IMG/VR virus record: IMGVR_UViG_3300023184_000042 | Location: 68,304 to 132,303 of that record | DNA length: 64,000 bases | From: a virus | Direction: 5' to 3' (one strand) | In this document: positions 63,335-64,000 of the stretch, piece after piece | Layout of the letters: each line of letters begins with the position of its first letter | Numbering within the stretch: the first letter of the stretch is position 1 | Notes under the pieces: generated by a model | What the model saw: the letters and a program-made list of their open reading frames with translations, nothing else | What the model was told of the DNA's origin: nothing | Database searches by the model: none | Translations under genes and position numbers: made by a program

Positions 63335-64000
63335 ATGGCAGACAAATTAAGTAATTTCGGACACGGATTTCAGGTAAAGATTGTATCTTCTTTACTTACA
63401 GATAAAGCATTTTTGCAGCAGGTAGCAGATATTCTATTGCCTGAATTTTTCGAATCAGAAGCTAACCAATGGGTTGTAGAGCAAATAGTAAAATACTTCC
63501 ATGAGTATGGATGTGCTCCTACTTTAGATGTATTTAAAATCAAAACTCAAGAAGTAGACAGAGATGTAGTTAAGACTGCAATAGTAGAAACTCTTAAAGA
63601 TTCATATAGATTTTTAGAATCAGATGATTTAGATTTTGTTAAGGCTGAGACTTTAGACTTTTGTAAGAATCAGTGTATTAAAAGAGCAATTTTAGATTCA
63701 GTAGAACTTTTGAGAAAAGGTGAATACGATTCTATCAAAGCTACTATTGATATGGCAATGAAAGCTGGTGCCGATAAGGCAGTAGGGCATGAATATAATT
63801 CAAGTGTTGAAGCTAGGTATTTAGAAAATGTTAGAGCATGTATTCCAACCCCATGGCCAGTAATTAATGATTTAGCAGATGGAGGTTTTGGTAAAGGAGA
63901 ACTTGTAGTGTTTGTAGCTCCAGCAGGTATTGGTAAATCTTGGGGTCTTATTAATGTAGGAGCTCACGCAGTAAAAAATGGTTTAAATGTAGTTCATTAT
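63335..64000 (+). CDS. gp41: Replicative DnaB/gp41-like helicase, 3'-truncated (absent from the supplied ORF track)
   Basis: Translated by hand: MADKLSNFGHGFQVKI...DFCKNQ...GHEY...IPTPW...GGFGKGELVVFVAPAGIGKSW. Confidence 0.9.
   Translation, partial: MADKLSNFGHGFQVKIVSSLLTDKAFLQQVADILLPEFFESEANQWVVEQIVKYFHEYGCAPTLDVFKIKTQEVDRDVVKTAIVETLKDSYRFLESDDLDFVKAETLDFCKNQCIKRAILDSVELLRKGEYDSIKATIDMAMKAGADKAVGHEYNSSVEARYLENVRACIPTPWPVINDLADGGFGKGELVVFVAPAGIGKSWGLINVGAHAVKNGLNVVHY

Noticed and set aside
1-64000. Stop-codon reassignment as in some large phages
   Set aside because: Core genes are full length under the standard code with dense packing, and TAG ends genes at sensible positions (7545, 26643, 42851, 59142)

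Overview
AT-rich 64-kb segment of a large T4-like myovirus genome with every credible gene on the + strand. It carries a full head module (terminase, portal, prohead protease, scaffold, gp23-type major capsid), neck, sheath, tube, tape measure and baseplate genes, and a block of repeat-rich fibre genes. It also has lysis candidates (GH19 endolysin, holin-like and spanin-like genes), PhoH, and replication genes (T7 endonuclease I-like resolvase, primase, SbcD-SbcC fusion, atypical family A polymerase, gp32-like SSB, RecA/UvsX, 5'-3' exonuclease, gp41-like helicase cut by the right edge). A Bacteroidota host is inferred from promoter architecture and a signal peptide. Main observations: (1) about 14 dispersed genes share N-terminal tags resembling capsid-targeting, protease-cleaved leaders and carry enzyme-like cargo. 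(2) There are two promoter classes: host-type TTTG-N19-20-TA(T/C)(A/T)TT before replication genes, and about 20 copies of ATATTTAT before late genes. (3) Several late motifs sit inside hairpins that would hide the start codon on read-through mRNA. (4) A probable +1/-2 programmed frameshift lies in the tail chaperone gene. (5) An [S/T]-[G/A/S]-S tripeptide is concentrated in presumed surface regions of virion proteins. (6) Structured leaders precede the scaffold/capsid and SSB genes. All calls come from reading motifs by eye; no database search was run.
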